Below are positions 62,042 to 64,000 of a DNA stretch of 64,000 nt, one piece after another. Position 1 is the first letter of the stretch. Every line of letters starts with the position of its first letter. The notes below the pieces were generated by a model. It was not told the DNA's origin and did no database searches. It worked only from the letters and a program-made list of their open reading frames with translations. The translations under genes and the position numbers were made by a program. Origin of the DNA: Anolis carolinensis (taxonomy: Eukaryota); the NCBI RefSeq assembly GCF_035594765.1, contig NC_085842.1, positions 162,763,036-162,827,035 on the forward strand. The letters are read 5' to 3'.

Positions 62042-63417
62042 TTTTGCCATTTTATACTAAGTCACTGTGACATTTGAGCATGGACAGAACTGGTATCAAT
62101 TGGGTTCATGGAACCAAACCTATCGAATGCCAAATATATATTGTTTTCTCTCTCTTTTATTTTAATTTCTCTCCCCGATGCACACATACATGCACACACG
62201 TTTTCTCTTTTTCTGAATGTATATTACTTTTATTGTGAATGAGATCATTTGTGTTTAAATTGAAGGAGAGCTTTTACCTCCCTGTTTGTTTACAAACCTA
62301 GAAGCAATTTGCTAGCTAGTGTTGTGCAGGAAAGCAGATGCTGGATTTTAGACCCTGGGCCTGATCCAGTCTCTTGCTTTCTGCATCTTTCAGACTTCAG
62401 ATCCCATTAACCTACACAAGGAAAGCTATTCATCAGGAATACTGGGAAATGTATTTCCAAATAGACACCTGGAGGATATCAGGTAGAGGAAAACTGCTCT
62501 GAAGCAACAGACGTCTTATATGTCATATAAAGCTCCATGTGATCATGGAGTACTGTGTGTATGTAATTATTCTTAATTGCAACAAGCAAAAATACCTGTT
62601 TTGGAAGCTTTGGCAAACTCAGTCCCCTTGTTTTATAAAAAGTCATGTTCCTTGTATTTGTTCGGTTTATTTATCCTTTGGTACATAGGAGCATGGCTTT
62701 ATGCACACAGGTTTATAGCATTTTCTTCTAAGCTGGCTTTGTTTACAGAGTCAGCACTTCAGATTTTGACCCTGTTCCGTCTTTCTTTTAGCAATACAGT
62801 ATAGGTGACACATTTATAACACTTCATACCATGGAAAATATTTCATATAAAGTAAGAAGAAATATGTCATTTTAGGCAGGCAGCCAAGCTGGTTGCTTGG
62901 TAGTTAACCTGTTTTAGTATACTAGACTCTGGGTGTGTCAAAGCTGTTTTCATGGTAGGTTGCTGGGTAAATAAAACCAATTGAAAGGCCTAGGTGCTCC
63001 GGGTCTTCACAAAGGATATCTGTGGGAGTTGAGTGTCTGCCCACACAAATCACAGATCAAGATCTCAGTACTGGAAGAATTATAACTTTCCCATGAAAGA
63101 TTGTACAGTCTTCATAATTAGTGGGTAGACTAAGCAGAATTACCAGGAATCCTGTTTGGGAACAGAGATGGGGTTACAAATGAATGCTTTGTAAAAGCAG
63201 CATATTCATTCCACTCTAGGTTGCTGCAGGTAAGGGAGGGAGTAAAATATCCATCAATTAGACCCGCTTACCCTCTTTAACGAGTGATATTTGACAGAAT
63301 GCAGGTATGCTCTATTTATTTTTTAGACTGGTCTTGATGGGATAGAAGTTGCTGAGTTCTTTTAACTTCACCCAGTTCGCCAGCTCACTGATGCATGTAC
63401 TTACATGCATACATGTA

Positions 63418-63461
<44 letters not shown>

Positions 63462-63600
63462 CAACAACAACAACAACTTTATTTGTATTCCACCCTTTCT
63501 CCCCAGGGGAGATTCCAACATACAATAGCAAACATTCAATGCAAGCAAGCATCAACATAAAATCCCAGAAAGACCCCACATATGAAAACAACATTAAAAC
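63418..63600 (-). mobile_element. L2-like 3' tail with (AAT)n(AAC)n microsatellite
   Basis: ctttatttgtattccaccctttctcccc; shares agaccccacatatgaaaaca with 15949-16090. Confidence 0.7.
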
Positions 63601-64000
63601 CTTATATCAAATTAAACCTAACACCAATAATTTAAACCTAACATTAATAAATTAAACCGAATGTAGTCAAACAGAAATATATAATGACTTAAACATCCAC
63701 ATTAATCTACAGAGCCAACTAGAGCTCACAAAGTTGTATGGGTTAGTTGTGTGGCCAACAAGTGTGAATGAAAAATGAGTGTATTAAGTTAGGATAGAAC
63801 TGAAGGCTTCTTGACATCAGTTCACATAAGAGCAAGTGTAACAGATGATGAGATAATTTCTGTTCAACAAGATTTAGAGGATTGTCCATTTATCATCCCT
63901 GCTTTACTGAAGCATTCAAAGATATAATGACCCCACGGTCGTCCAGCAGTTGTTTACCACTTCATGAACTATACGTATTGATTTTCTACTTACCTCTGTT

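Noticed and set aside
61798-62070. ORFs spanning X runs
   Set aside because: Artefact of the N gap
63312-63594. Poly-Leu / poly-Val-Ile ORFs
   Set aside because: Translations of the (AAT)n(AAC)n microsatellite

Overview
AT-rich, repeat-dense vertebrate genomic DNA. The repeat set (Sauria SINEs, CR1, L2, RTE/BovB, Penelope, hAT/mariner/Harbinger-type MITEs, Helitrons) points to a squamate, most likely an Anolis lizard; this is inferred, not shown. The only host gene I can support is the 5' part of TOM1L1 on the + strand. Coding exons 1-3 (38914-38971, 45415-45499, 52307-52385) splice in frame to the start of the VHS domain; exon 4 is not visible. The first ~38 kb is intergenic, and nearly all long ORFs in the track are TE remnants or noise. 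Most notable: (1) a 2.0-kb non-autonomous Helitron (9270-11288) carrying CpG-island/promoter-like captured DNA and an 82-bp tandem array built from Penelope sequence, itself nested inside a Penelope element; (2) six Penelope-derived minimal hammerhead ribozyme motifs, two with intact cores, one just upstream of the TOM1L1 promoter and two forming a spacerless palindrome; (3) a TOM1L1 first exon squeezed between transposons; (4) several repair/template-switch scars. I see no clear evidence of a wholly new protein-coding system.
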